Assembly: GCA_043753995.1 (NCBI GenBank)
Contig: JAYUVP010000064.1
Span: forward strand, 1 to 38,283
Direction: 5' to 3'
DNA: 38,283 nt
Source: Fibrobacterota bacterium
Lineage (GTDB): Bacteria > Fibrobacterota > Fibrobacteria > UBA11236
The notes beneath the pieces were generated by a model that worked only from the letters and a program-made list of their open reading frames with translations, ran no database searches and was not told the DNA's origin. Below are positions 38,235 through 38,283 of this stretch, piece after piece; within the stretch, counting starts at the first letter, position 1, and the number at the start of each line of letters is the position of its first letter. Position numbers and translations under genes: made by a program.

Positions 38235-38283
38235 GGACGATTAGCTCAGCTGGTTAGAGTATTACCTTGACATGGTAGGGGTC
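38235..38283 (+). tRNA. tRNA-Val(GAC), partial (cut by the window end)
   Basis: GGACGAT-TAGCTCAGCTGGTTAGAGT D-arm; anticodon arm TTACC-TTGACAT-GGTAG. Confidence 0.92.

Overview
Bacterial chromosomal window, moderately GC-rich; the lineage cannot be fixed from sequence alone. (1) 1-4945 lies 3' of a tRNA-Pro(CGG) and looks accessory. It holds a partial secreted-protein gene, a 166-bp hairpin/MITE-like element abutting a frameshifted msrA remnant, and a TetR gene divergent from a MacB/FtsX-type ABC exporter with a DUF2141-like gene. (2) 5104-19790 is a ~15 kb nitrogen-scavenging cluster: amtB, urtABCDE, a urease operon (ureD, fused gamma-beta, alpha, ureF, ureG, no ureE), a small secreted His-containing peptide, an outer-membrane beta-barrel and a PII gene. 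Its transcription units carry sigma54-type (-24/-12) promoters, and two of them share upstream TGACA-N6-TGNCA boxes. The urease gamma-beta chain and UreG look plant/fungal-like. (3) 19924-38283 is mostly housekeeping: P-type ATPase, DUF4416-like, STAS protein, PfkB-like kinase, WYL regulator, gltX, tRNA-Ser(GCT), PBP1A with a large insertion plus a downstream lipoprotein, nadC, coaX, UDP-glucuronate decarboxylase, bioD-F-H-C and a partial tRNA-Val(GAC). No CRISPR array, integrase or transposase was seen. All family calls come from motif recognition, not database searches.
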